This document shows positions 1 to 12,470 of a DNA stretch of 64,000 nt, one piece after another; the first letter of the stretch is position 1, and each line of letters opens with the position of its first letter. Location of the stretch: positions 11,899,812-11,963,811 of the forward strand of contig NC_092675.1 of NCBI RefSeq assembly GCF_964355755.1, read 5' to 3'. Made by a program: the position numbers and the translations under genes. The DNA is from Antedon mediterranea. Taxonomy: Eukaryota > Animalia > Echinodermata. Under the pieces are notes generated by a model that had not been told where the DNA came from, did not search any database, and worked only from the letters and a program-made list of their open reading frames with translations.

Positions 1-644
1 CAATAATTTTCCAATTCTAAGTAAGCACAACAGGGATGCTCAGAGAAAAATAGCCCGCGGCAGGTGCCAAGGCACCGCCAAGAGCAGCCCACCAAAGAGC
101 AGAAAACAAGGAAGAATGTTCACTTACTCGCATGAAACTGAGATAAAAAAAACCAACCAGGACTCCCTGGAAGAGTCTCCAAAGAGACTGATAGGTACAA
201 AAATCACCATTAATACAACGATGCTCCCCATGAAAGTATACGCAGATACTTCATGGCAGTATGTTGAGCATCAGCACCTTCCACCCAAGGCTAATCCAAG
301 GGCTCCACTACCGTGCACTGCAATGGGAGCAAAGTTGTAATAACACATCGCCAATAAACAATACTTACAGAAAAAACAAAAACGCATGGATGTGAGTTAT
401 AATGTAAATGTAGATTTTTATTATGTTGTTGAAAATTCGTAGAAATATAAATTATTCAATGAAATACAACAATACAGCTGGCCACCTCTTGAACATGATG
501 AGGGAAATCCCTGTTTTCAGTTTATGACCGCCCATTTGGAGATCTAAAAGTATGATGCTTTTTGATTGGAGTTTCCGTAACAACCTGAGGTGATTGTCAA
601 TTAGATTGCCAAGGGCTTTAGGTTGTCAACAAATCATGTCCCAG

Positions 645-930
645 GTTAAGATAAAATATGATAAGATAAATCTTTATTGTCATGAACACAACAAGGCGAG
701 CATGAAATTGGTTTTCCTTGATGCTTAAAAACACATACAATATATAAAACATTAAAAATATCAATACAATACATTAAAAATATATACAGTTGTAAACAAG
801 TAAAACAAACTATCTTTGAAATGTTGAGTTGGAAACATGAATAGAGTTGTGGACGATGTCTAGAACAGAATTGGTGAACTTTCAAAAATTGTCTTCGGTT
901 TTTCGGTAGGTTGATCCAATATTTAAATCA
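645..930 (-). mobile_element. Decayed LINE (CR1/L2-like) 3' end remnant
   Basis: The minus strand shows AATAAA followed by an (ATCTT)-like simple-repeat tail at ~645-680. Upstream is a degenerate 'FKDS'-type reading typical of CR1/L2 ORF2 C-termini. Confidence 0.3.
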
Positions 931-2569
931 AAGACACATATAAAATAAAAATATAATGTTTAAAGTACATATTGTTAACATATTAAAGTGATTGGTTGAG
1001 AATTGATGAACGGAAAAAGAAAAGAGTAGGCACATGTTTTTCGATTCTCAAGCCACAGTCCATTAGTTCCATTGTCTCGGGCTGAGTGAGGCTAACCTGT
1101 GACTGTCAGTAGCATTTTGGCTTAACGGAGGTTAAATCTTCTATATATTGTATTTAACCAACATTGATTATAAATATGATTAATATATTTGCCATTCCTA
1201 ACGTTCCGAAGAATTAATAATAGGTAGGCCTACTTAATTATTTTGAAGTATTTTAAAACATATTAGTTAGAAATGCGCAACATCCCTATTATAGTAAATG
1301 GAATCGTCCGTACCATGAAAGTTAAATACTTTATGGACAGGTCCGCTTATTTTCAAGGGATATTCTTTGAATATTATTGATTGAGGATTATTTATATATA
1401 TATATATAAATTTGCCATTGGATATATATATATAAAGTATGAAAGGAATCATATTTTGTAGGTTTTTAGTTTTAATTGATTAATTTAAAACTGTTAATAC
1501 TGCTATAGAAATCTATGTTTGCATTTTCTTCAATTAATATTTATTTTTTAAAATGAAAACATATTATTTTTAAAACTGAATTTATTGTAATTAATTAAAC
1601 TAGATGGTCGTGTCCACGGATGGTTCTCGAATACACAGTAATTTCAGCGTGAAAAAAAAAACAACGAAAAACTGGCGATTTCAAATGTACGTACCGCAGG
1701 ACTATAGAACATTGTCGTTTACAGAAACGAATAAATAGACACGATGATTTATGTAGTCAACTAAAATTAGCACCATGGTAATTAGACCTACTTCCGAAGA
1801 AGGAGAAACTTTTTTATTTGAACTCATTTAAACAAACCCAATTTGTGTTTTGTATATAACATTAGGGTTGAGGGATAGGGAAGAGGATGTAACGATACAC
1901 CACTACGAAGTTTATATTGTTTATAATTAATTATTAATATAAACGTTGAGAAGCAGCTGTCAGTAATACAGTTTCTTATTTGTATATTATGTGTTTATAT
2001 ATCCAGCAGTAGAGCATACCCACGGTAACAGTAATACATGTTCTTTGTATATGTGTTTATATATCTAACAGTAACCACATTCACCGTAAGAAAGTTTCGA
2101 TTCAAATGGCGACCAAAAATGGTTAATACGTATACAATAATGTCAAAGTTTTGCAATATCTCAGTTTTAAGTTTATTCTCCAAGGGCTCATAAATTTACC
2201 TACTTGTGTTAAACCAACACCCCTATTTGGGGCAAATAATTGAACCTAAATTCGTTTTAATTGTTAATAACTAATTATCTGACTAAATTTAATTAGTAAA
2301 CAGGGTTACATCAGGTGGTAAAAACCAGTACCGAGATTCTAACCAACTTTATCATCGAGTAAACATTCTAGGAATAACGAACGATTTACCGAATTTTTTC
2401 CTTACGTAAATTTATATATAGATTATTATTGATCAACAGGTATTTAATCTATACAGTAATGGAAGAAAATATGAAAGAAAATTATCAGAATCAGATTCTT
2501 CAATGAACACATGTAATTCCGACAGTTTGAAAAAGAAAATTGATCGTGCAAATAATGTTTACGTTTCAA

Positions 2570-3090
2570 CATATTTTTTTTTTATTACATATTTCTATGG
2601 TATCAAAAACATATTTTTAATAAACATTTGATTTAAAATTGTGTATTTATATTATACAATTAACTGGTGAAACAATGGGCATGATGTGATTTATAATTAA
2701 GAGCTATGTTAGATTTTGTGTAATTTTGCGATTAACCAACACATTTTTATTTTGTTACACGTTTCCATGATAACAACAAAAACATATTTTTCGTGTTTTA
2801 TTAAAAATTGTGTATTTATAGTATACAATTAAATAGTGAAAACAAAAAATGGGCATTATGTGATTCATAATTAAAGAACTATCTTTGATTTGTATGTATT
2901 TTTGCGATAAAACGACAATTTTTTAAATTTTTTTTAAATTTTTTTTTATTACACGTTAACAACATGTTAACAAAAACATATTTTTTAATAAAGTTTTGAA
3001 GGAAAATGATGTATTTATATTATACAATTAACTGGTGAAAAAATGTGCATAATGTGATTAATAATTAAAGAGCTATGTTAGATTTTTGTG
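2570..3090. repeat. Three degenerate ~190-bp tandem repeats
   Basis: The block aaaaacatattttt...tgtatttatattatacaattaactggtgaaa...ataattaaagagctatgttagattt recurs at ~2605, ~2778 and ~2972. Confidence 0.75.
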
Positions 3091-3360
3091 TATTATAAAG
3101 ACGATGAGAAAGATATCAACAAATTTAGTTCAATCGCGTCCATTTCATTAGGTCAAACACGATTGTTTAGATTTCGCCATGGTGCTACACGTGGAAAGAG
3201 ACACAAAAGAAGTATTGAACCAGTAAATGTTGATCTTAAACACGGTAGCTTACTAATGATGAATTATCCAACTAACGAGTATTGGTACCATTCACTGCCT
3301 AAAAAAACATCCATCAAACTACTAAGAATAAATCTTACATTTAGAGATATTAAAAGATGA
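3088..3360 (+). pseudogene. ALKBH2: AlkB-family 2OG-Fe(II) dioxygenase C-terminal half, ALKBH2-like fragment
   Basis: KDDE..I..IASISLGQTRLFRFRH...LKHGSLLMMNYPTNEYWYHSLPK...RINLTFR matches the ALKBH2 C-terminus, including the distal His and RxNLTFR. The first His of HxD and the N-terminal half are absent; the fragment abuts the tandem repeat. Confidence 0.8.
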
Positions 3361-5164
3361 GAAAAGGTAAGGATTACTTTAGAACGCAAATCTTATTAAC
3401 AACAATTCATGAACAATTGTTCTAAAATGTAATAGTTATTACATGTATCTGTGTGGTTACCTATATACATTATTATTGGCGGCTGTCAAAAACTACTTTT
3501 AACAATTCGTTTCTTGTTTACTGTAGTTGTAGACTGTAGTTGTATCTTCCTTTTTTATTTAATGTAAATATTTTATTGTTGTGTTTGACTTAATTTTATG
3601 TTTTTAACAACGAAAATGAAACTTTTTTTTCTTTGCGGTTATTTAAGTATTTGAATTAGTATTTTATTTTCATTTGTGTGATTGAGGGAAATGGAAGCAT
3701 AGATTTATCAAATTTAAATACAATTTCTTTATTTCAAAATTAATTTCATTTTCTACGTGTTTTCAATTTTAAATCTTTTAACGACGCTTTCAATACAACA
3801 TTTTTGATGTAGCGATTTTTTCAAGTGGTATTGTCATGAACGTATTGAAAAGAAAATAGTTTTATTGTCAATGATTTGTCAAGTGTTTAATTTCAATTTC
3901 AATTACTGTTGTATTGTATTTAGTTTTACCCGTTCATGTTGGCATGATCAATATTTGCTCAAACTCCATTTTATCGTTATGTTTGTAGTATTTTAGAGAT
4001 TCCCGATCATAGTAATAATGATATAACTAGAATTCGTAACCGTGTGTTAGATTCCATGCGTATTATTACATATGCCTTCTCTCGTTATTCACCCGATGTA
4101 TTTTGATCAAAAAATTGTACCTGAGCATGAAAGGTTAGTTGTTATGGTACAAGGAATTGGCCCGAAAAATAATTGGTTTTCTCTTCTGTTAAATTATTAT
4201 TATGTTTGTGAAGTGTATTGCAATAGATTTGTTTAATGAAATAAATTAATTATGTTTTGACTTAATTTATGTCAGTGTAATTTGTAAAAGTAGTTTTCCT
4301 ATTTTAATTCATGATAAATTTATTTCTTGACTTAATTTAATTTTTTCTTTTCTGTTTAAGTTTTATTATTTTTGTATTTTGTAAAGTGTATTACAATAGA
4401 ATGTGTATTGAAATACATTATGTTTTTAACATCAACAACAAAAATGAAATTGGATCTTTACGTGTTGTTTAACTCGTGCATGAAGTATTTTGAATTTGTT
4501 AAATGTAATTGCAAACATACATAATAAATGATTGTGATTAAAAATATTCTGGTTTTTTTTTTTTTATTATTTTAAACAGTAGTTATTTATATTTTATATA
4601 TAATAAATAATATTACAAAAATAAACATACTAAATGTATAAAGGATAGACTTATTAAATTTAAATACAATTTCTTTATTTCAAAATGAATTTCATTTTTC
4701 TACGTGTTTTCATTTTTAAATCTTTTAAGAAAAAACACAATACGTACTGCTAAAAAAACGCACACAAAAGAAAATAAATTTGAGACGCACGGTATGTAAC
4801 GACACTTTCAATAAGAATGCATGTTATAAATGTATTTTTTACCAAATTTATAAAGTAAATGGTTATTATTGAGAAATATTCATTTTAGATAAATAATAAC
4901 ACATCTAAAATTAATTAGAGAGATCAATACAATATGGTGTTCATAATAATTTGTTTTGATGACTAGAGGAAACATCTGAAGACATTCAACGAAAAACAAG
5001 CGTTAACACCATACCAGTCACTAAGAATGCTACTACTCTGAAAAAAACATCTCCCTTCCTAGACAGAAACAAATTCTGAATGAAAATAAAAAATAAAAAA
5101 ATAAAAATAATTAGTAAACGAAACACGCGCATTATAAATAAAATGAATAATTTAAGAATATTTG

Positions 5165-5560
5165 TTAAACTACCCACGAACAAAAAAAACGAAAAATACT
5201 AACCGATTCATCGTCATTACGAAGTTCAAATAACGAAAACTTTTCCTTGAAAAATCCACAGGAGACACGTTTTACATTTTCTAACTGCAATTCAGTGTCA
5301 CATTGTGTCGCAACACATGTACATACAACGAGTCCTGTCACAAATCTGCCGACATTTATTTTTCTATCGCTCATCATTTGTTCTAATACATAATACAGCG
5401 CTTCCGAAGAAATATCTTTACACAATTCTAGCACATTAAAATTGTTTTCCAACTCTTTACAAGCACGAATAGTACTCTGGAGGATGGGTGAATCCAAAAC
5501 AACTAACCCCGTCACTTTATATTCAATGTATGCTAAAACTACTTCCTCTAAATCAACCAT
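5165..5560 (-). CDS. Compact intronless Bcl-2-like protein (~131 aa from the ATG at 5560)
   Basis: BH4-like LEEVVLAYIEYKV, BH3-like IRACKELENNF and BH1-like MMSDRKINVGRFVTGLVV (NWGR variant) occur in the correct order and spacing. There is a hydrophobic C-terminus but no clear BH2. Confidence 0.6.
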   Translation of the reverse strand: MVDLEEVVLAYIEYKVTGLVVLDSPILQSTIRACKELENNFNVLELCKDISSEALYYVLEQMMSDRKINVGRFVTGLVVCTCVATQCDTELQLENVKRVSCGFFKEKFSLFELRNDDESVSIFRFFCSWVV

Positions 5561-6239
5561 AACGCTCGACAAAACAAATTATAATGGATGTAATTACCAA
5601 GAAAGTTACAACTTAAAACATTTATTTTTGTTTTTAAAAAGAAGTTGTAACATAGAAACTAATTTTGTCAGGAAATGTGTTTTTAATATTTATGTGATTT
5701 AATTGTGTTTAAAAAGTTACAACATTAACATTTAATTAGGTCAAAAAATGTGAATATACCGAGCCGAATGTAATTTTTAATCCTTAGTATAGTGAGAGAA
5801 TTTATAAACAAAAAAAGAGCGAACGGAAATTAATGATTGCAGATTAGACATATAGAAATGGATTGAAATTGGAAATCCATATGATCAAAGAAAAGAAACC
5901 CATTGTTCCGACAGAAGCTAATGACAATTACAAAGGATGACACAGTTTGAATAGAGTAAATACCGTATAACATAATTAAATTTTGTCAAGATAGTTGTCA
6001 AAAATAAATAAAATATATTATACTGAATTTACTTTGTACATTTATTTAATTTAGGCTGTAATTAGGTTTGTTGTTCATTTCTGATTGTGAAAAAAAAAAT
6101 ACATACGAATAAAACAGCTATATATAAAAAAAAAAATAAAAAAAAAAGTAATGATTCAGTGTTATAATTTTATTTACCTGTCATTATGTTAATAAAACAT
6201 ATTCTAAATTTAATTTATATCATGTTAGATATATTTCAA

Positions 6240-6430
6240 GGACATTTGTTACATAAAAATAAATTTGTAAAGAATTTGTTACATAAGATAAATTTGTTAA
6301 GAAGTTTGTTTTATAAACATATTTGTATAGATAAATTTGTTACATAAAAATAATTTTGTAAAGAAATTTGTTACATAAATATATTTTTTACAAGAAGTTT
6401 GTAACAGAAAATTATTTTGCAAAGAATTAG
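6240..6430. repeat. AT-rich minisatellite (aaatttgttacataa-like units)
   Basis: Multiple degenerate tttgttacataaaa / tttgtaaagaa units are directly visible. Confidence 0.65.
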
Positions 6431-6840
6431 TTGCATCAATTGATTTTATCAAACGTATGTAAATAAAAAATTATGTTGTTGAAAAAAATATTTTGTAATT
6501 CAGTCCATTTGCTCAGTAGTTTGTTTAAGTTGTTAAGTCTTGTTTGTGTAATATTCTTGTAAATAAAAGAATTTATTTTTAACCTTTGTAATTATTTTGT
6601 AAATATCATTTATTTGTAATTACGTTTTTTACACAACTATCGACAACATATAATACATTTATATTGAAAAAAAAAACGTAATTACAAACTCTACTATGAC
6701 ACGCATGTAAACACAAACAGCAGTTACTTCTCTAACGTCAAGAAACTCGACAATGTAATGGTTTTATAATTCATTCTCTACTATGACACACATGATCTCC
6801 GGATAATCTACATGCAAAAAGATTGATTTTTTTTACACAG

Positions 6841-7369
6841 TGAGTGAACTTTGTTTGTTCCTGGTAGTATAAGGGATAGTCGCCCACCTTGTAGTTTTAT
6901 AGGTTTCCCGACCATAATCGATAATAACTTAGGGTACCAGTATTGCGTCGGCCAATCAGGAACTACCTGTAGTGAATTTATTTTAGTTGGTTCCGAGCTT
7001 TCTCAGGCGTATATATTTCCACGCGACGTACACAGCTGTCACTGAATGATAACTCATACAAAAAGTATATTTAACTCAACTAGAACTTTTATTCCTTGTA
7101 ACTCAATTAATACATCTTTCTACCACTACCAGTCAAGCCTTAATTTCTTTATCATCTTTCCGTTTATCTACTTTGATCTTATTCTCTCTTCTTCCTTAAT
7201 ATCTATTACATTCCACTTTTATACTGGACATGCAAATTTTAGGCTTCAGAGGAGGATAACATTTTCCCTCCAAAAATTATACGATTTTGATTGGCTAATA
7301 ATATAAGGCGGACCTGGTCTAAAGCATCCTTATCTAAACACAGAGAATCACAACATAAATAATATGACA
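6841..7369 (-). repeat. 3' LTR of the Gmr1-like retrotransposon (distal boundary uncertain)
   Basis: The minus strand reads polypurine tract AAAAAGGGGAA (7380-7370) then TGTCA at 7369, about 100 bp after the RNase H stop. No second LTR is present to confirm the far end. Confidence 0.6.
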
Positions 7370-7471
7370 TTCCCCTTTTTGGGAAAAAGATTGTGTCAAT
7401 CTTTCCAAAAATTTTAACATTTAAAACCATTTTACTTTAAACTATCTACTAATAACACCTCTATAATATAT

Positions 7472-9406
7472 TTATGCACGGCTTAATCCATCTGCATTTC
7501 CATTTAATGATCCTTTCTTGTAAATAACTTTAAATTTATATCCTTGTAAAAACAGAGCCCATCTCATAAGTCTAACATTGGCACCCTTCATTGAGTCTAT
7601 CCATCTCAATGCCTGGTGGTCAGTATGAACTTGAAATTCACAACCATACAGATAATACTTAAGTTTATTGATAGCCCAAACAATAGAGAGGCACTCTTTT
7701 TTTGGCACAGAATATCTCTGCTCATGTACAGATAACTTTCTACTTAAGTACACAATGGGATAATCATTACCCTCACCATCTATTTGGCTCAGCACTGCAC
7801 ATATGCCATAATTTGAGGCATCGGTTTGCAATAAAAACATCTTATCAAAATTTGGGGCTTTTAATACATTATCATCAGTAAGTCGTTTCTTTAAAGTTAC
7901 AAAGGCATTTTCACATTGTTCATTCCACGTAACGGTATTACTTTTACTCTTTAAAGTTAAATCAATCAATGGCTTAGCAATATCGGCATAGTTCTGTACA
8001 AATTTTCTGTAATAGCCAGTTAATCCGAGAAATGATCGGACTTGTTTCTTAGACAAAGGTCTGGGGAACTTTTCCACAGCCTCAACCTTATCAATCATGG
8101 GTCTAATTTCTCCATTACCAATCTTATGCCCCAGAAATTCTACCTGTGCATAGGCAATTTTACATTTCAAAGGCTTTGCTGTCAATCCAGCACTACTTAA
8201 TCTTTCTAATACATCATTCAAATGAAAAATATGATCTTTCCAAGTTTGACTATAAATACATATGTCATCTATATATGCCTTAGCATATCCCTCAGTACCT
8301 TGTAATACCTTATCCATTAATCTTTGGAAAGTACTAGAGCTATTTTGCATACCAAATGGAAGTACATTGTAACAATACTGTCCAAATTGTGTAATAAATG
8401 CTGATTTGTCTTTGGTCTTAGGATCCAGAGGCACCTGGTAAAATCCTTTAGTTAGGTCTAACGTAGTTATGTATATTGCGGATGATACCTCATCCAACAT
8501 TTCGTCTATGTGAGGCATAACATAAGGGTCAAATTGTGTAGTCTTATTTAGTGATCTAAAATCTGTCACCATTCTAATTTGATTCTGGCCTTTCTTCAGG
8601 GCAATAATAGGTGCAGCATAGGCACTAACTGTAGGTTCTATTATACCCATAGCCAACATACTATCTAATTCTTCTTTCAATTTACCCTTTAATGCTTGGG
8701 GCGTTCTATATGCCCTATGCCTTATAGGCATTTCACCACTAGTCTTAATTTCATGTGTCACTAAGTGAGTTCTACCTGGTACATCCGAGAATACATTCTG
8801 TTGGTACTTTAACAATTCTGTTAATTGTTTAGTTTGTGTATCATTTAGATTACTACTAACGTTAACATCTCTCCATGTTTGTGATTGATGATAAGACAAT
8901 CCTATGTCTATTTTACTATCTAACTCATTGTCATGGACTGTTTCATTTAAGTCTACTTCTTCTATCGACTGAACATTTGTTACTACATAATAACCATCTT
9001 TACTTATTTCTACTTTATCATACCATCTCTTTAACATATTAACATGTAGAATTTGTTTTTCTTTTCTTCTACCTCCTATGTATATTTCATAATTTACATC
9101 ATTGACCTTTTTTGTAACAGTGAAGGGGCCTTGCCATTTACTGTCTAACTTACTATTTCCTACTGGAAGGAATATCAACACTTTGTCCCCTTCTACAAAT
9201 TCTCTATCAATAGCATTCTTGTTATAATTGTGGAACATAATTTCTTGTTGTTCAAGTTTGTTTACATTAGCATCTTTCATTAATTCCTCCATTTTTTCTC
9301 TTATGTCTAACATGTATTTGATAACATCAGTAGATGTTTCTTCATCTTCTACCCAATTACTTTTGAGTAAACTCAAGGGTCTCCTCACCTCTCTACCATA
9401 AAGCAA
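7472..9406 (-). pseudogene. pol: Integrase C-terminus, reverse transcriptase and RNase H (pol 3' part)
   Basis: KWQGPF (GPY/F motif), LDLTKGFYQV, LPFGMQNS, YIDD, LQTDAS, TDHQAL, NADGLSR. Confidence 0.92.
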
Positions 9407-9442
9407 TTTAAAAGGTGAATGGCCCGTCGCTTTACTAGGAAC

Positions 9443-10411
9443 TTATCTGTATGCAAACTGAAAGGCGGGTATGTAGTTATCCCAATTTTTTCTTTGCTTA
9501 ACTGTAAGTGTCCTTATCATATTTTTCAATGTACCGTGAAATCTTTCAACAAGCCCATTGCTTTGGGGGTGGTACACTGTAGTCTTTAATTTATTAATCC
9601 CCAACATACTACATATAGATTGCATAATTGAAGACATGAAATTAGTTCCTTGATCATGTACAATCTCTTCGGGTAATCCTACTCTAGTAAAGACTTCTAT
9701 TAGAGCCCTGGCTACTGTTTCAGCTCTAACATTGGGTAACGGGATAGCATCCGGATATCTCGTAGCATAGTCAATTATAGTAAGCATATATTTGTTATTA
9801 CGGCTTGTTCTAGATAAGGGTCCAACAATGTCTATCGCTATACGTTTAAATGGTGTACTTATAATCGGTAATGGTATCAAAGTATGTTTCCTTTTACTTT
9901 TACCCTTATCTACCTTTTGGCATTCCTTAAAAACTACTACATCTTTAAATATACCTGGCCAATAGAATTGGTTCAGGACCCTACTTTTAGTTTTCTCAAC
10001 ACCCATGTGACCTGCAAATGGCACATTATGACCTAAGTGTAATACACCCTGTCTACACTGAGTGGGTAATACAATCTGTTCCACTTGGTTATTCTTATCT
10101 TTAATACTACTCCAATTTCTTATCAATATACCTTGTCTCATAAAGAAACATACCCTATGCTGACCTATTTCTTCTATAGGGACTACCCTGTCAAACACTC
10201 CTTTGAGTGAGTCATCCTTAGTTTGCAATTTGATCAGTTCTTGTTTAGTTAGGTTCAGCTTGTGCTGTTGTTCATAAGTTTTATGTTTGACTGTTTTATC
10301 TTTAGCTTTATCCTCATTTTCGTCAAACAAATTATTCATTTCTGTTCCATTCATATCATCTAAACACTTAGTTTTATTTACTTTGTTGTCATTTACTACT
10401 GTTTTCAACAA
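9443..10411 (-). pseudogene. pol: Integrase (damaged HHCC finger plus DDE core)
   Basis: GHNVPFAGHMG, RIAIDIVGPL, HDQGTNF, NGLVERFHGTLK. It is in the same frame as the RT ORF, separated by one stop at 9443-9445. Confidence 0.9.
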
Positions 10412-10440
10412 TTGTACATTAGTTTCTTTAGGCGGCTCTT

Positions 10441-11246
10441 CTATCGGCTTAAGTTACTATCTTTCCCTAACAATATCATTTCGTCTTGTATTCTAACATC
10501 ATTTTCTATTCTGGCTTGCTCCCTAGTTAGGACGAACATTTCTTTAGCCATTGTTTCCCCACAATTCTGGTCCAAATCATGAACCAATAACATGTCCCTC
10601 TGTAATCCTTCGATTACGGCTACAATCACTTTTCCTGTCACTATCTTACTTTCTATAGCTACCTCAGCTAAGGGGACGGTAATATCGCCTCCTATACCTC
10701 TTAACGTAACCCATTTTCCTGGCAAGTAACATTTGTTAGACTTTCCTTAACAGCTGACTGGGTACATCCCGAGTCTCTTAGCATAGTTATATCCTGTCCT
10801 TCTAATTTTCCTGTTATTGTACACTTCTCCATTTTATTTTCTACACTATCCATAACTACTTGGGGTCTATCTGATTTTATTCCTTCACATCTTAAGCCAT
10901 CTTTCACATTCGGGCCCTTCTTAGTGTCACTAGTCTTTCCTTTTGCTACCATCTTAGGACAATCCCTTATTTTATGTCCCTTCTCCTTACAATTGAAGCA
11001 TAGGCCATTAATCCATTCATTTGAAGGTTCTCTCTGTTGGAAATTTCTACCATAGTTATGGAATTTGCCTCCCCTTCCGCGATACCTATTGTATCCTTGC
11101 TGCCTAGCTCCAGGGTTATTCTGAGTCGTACTATTCTTAGGTTTACTATTTTCTTGGCCCTTATAATACGTAGGCTTATTTTCAGAATTTACGGCATTCC
11201 AATAGCCACGGCCACCTCTATTAGCTATATAATCATCGGCTATCAT
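10441..11246 (-). pseudogene. Gag zinc knuckle and aspartic protease, frameshifted
   Basis: CFNCKEKGHKIRDC (CCHC) and LRDSGCTQS (protease active site). The protease C-terminal part lies in another frame (10441-10725). Confidence 0.85.
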
Positions 11247-11840
11247 AGCTCTTATTTACTTGTTTATCTCTAAGATAAAGCCTCAGATCTTCAGGCATTT
11301 TATCAAGTGCCTGTTCCATTATAATCATTTCAATAATGCCTGCAGCATCATCTTCTTGTGCATTAGCACATTTCATCCAACATTTTAAATAATGGGAGAG
11401 CTCATTCAGCCATTCCCTGATGGACATATCTTTAACTCTGTTCGAATTTCTAAATTTAAATCTGTAGGTCTCTGCGGACACATCATACTTTTCTAAGATT
11501 GCCTTCTTTAAGGTATCATAATCTACACATTCTTTTACGGTTAAGGATGCATATGCTGTCCTAGCTTTACCAGACAGTTCAGGTGCTAACCTAGCAGACC
11601 ACGTATTCTTATCCCAACCTGTGGCTTCTGCCAAGTGTTCAAATGTTCTAAAATATATATCAATATCATCTGATTCCTTCAAAGTAGGAACCTTTACCTT
11701 CATTTCATCTACTATATTCCTAGCATTACTGTAGCTAGACCTATTTTCTAATTCCATCATTTTCACTCTTTCTTGTGATTCAATTTTTCTTTGCTCTATA
11801 TCTATTTTCTTTTGCTCTATATCTGCTTCTAATCTGTAAT
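11233..11840 (-). pseudogene. gag: Gag capsid (SCAN-related) region
   Basis: DDIDIYFRTFEHLA...W...LSGKARTAY...DYDTLKKAIL..Y...ETYRFKFR...IIMEQ is typical of Gmr1-type gag. Confidence 0.85.
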
Positions 11841-12470
11841 TTTTCCTTTTTCAAGGGCCCTGTAATGTAATTTGCCATATTCCACAGCTGGGAGTGCAGC
11901 TACCAGTTTCCCTAGCAGGCTTGCAACCTGTCTAATAGTAGTCTGGACAGAGGTAATTACTTGATGACACTCATTAAATATCTCCTCTTTCTTTGATTGA
12001 GGGAGAGTAACAGTCATTGTGACTGAGTTAATTTCAAACCCTAAAAAGGTTATGGTTTGAGTGGGCTGTAATACGGATTTTTTATAATTTATAATGAACC
12101 CCAATGACGTCAAGATTTCCCAAACTTCTCTGGCTGTGTGTTTTGCTTTGTCTCGACACTTATTAATAGCAAGTATATCGTCAATATAAATTAGGACAAT
12201 ATGGCCTCTACTTCTTAAATATGCTAGTGGACGCTTCAGTAGTTTCGTAAACAGTCTTGGCCCTGTGCTTAGGCCATTGGGTAATGCCCCAAATGCATAA
12301 AGATTCCCTTTCCAGACAAACTTTAAGTACTTTACGTCTGAATATGGTATGGGAACTGTATAATAAGCATCTTTGGGGTCAACTGAGGTCATGTATACCC
12401 CTTGGTCTATAAGTGTGAGTGCATTTGAAAATGTTTCCATCTTAAAATGTTTGTAGGTGAGAGAGTTTGT
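11829..12470 (-). pseudogene. DIRS1-like (tyrosine-recombinase retrotransposon) reverse transcriptase fragment
   Basis: HFKMET, DPKDAYYTVPI, ALPNGLSTGPRLFTKL, YIDD, GFIINYKKS..PTQTITFLG and TIRQVASLLGKL are DIRS RT hallmarks. Confidence 0.85.

Larger units (their letters stand above)
6841..11840 (-). mobile_element. 5'-truncated, disabled Gmr1-like Ty3/Gypsy LTR retrotransposon (gag-PR-INT-RT-RH)
   Basis: Consecutive minus-strand ORF pieces carry gag, CCHC, protease, integrase, RT and RNase H motifs. They are broken by three frameshifts and one in-frame stop. A PPT and 3' LTR are present; the 5' LTR is absent. Confidence 0.9.

Noticed and set aside
116-340. 74-aa ORF at the window start
   Set aside because: It has no recognisable motif and its upstream context lies outside the window.
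1645-1665. CAGCGTGAAAAAAAAAACAA as the left TIR partner of the 6842 end
   Set aside because: The similarity is mostly a poly-A run and no TSD is evident, so it is too weak to define an element.
6836-6870. CACAGTG as a RAG/Transib recombination signal
   Set aside because: There is no ACAAAAACC-like nonamer at 12 or 23 bp and no transposase nearby.
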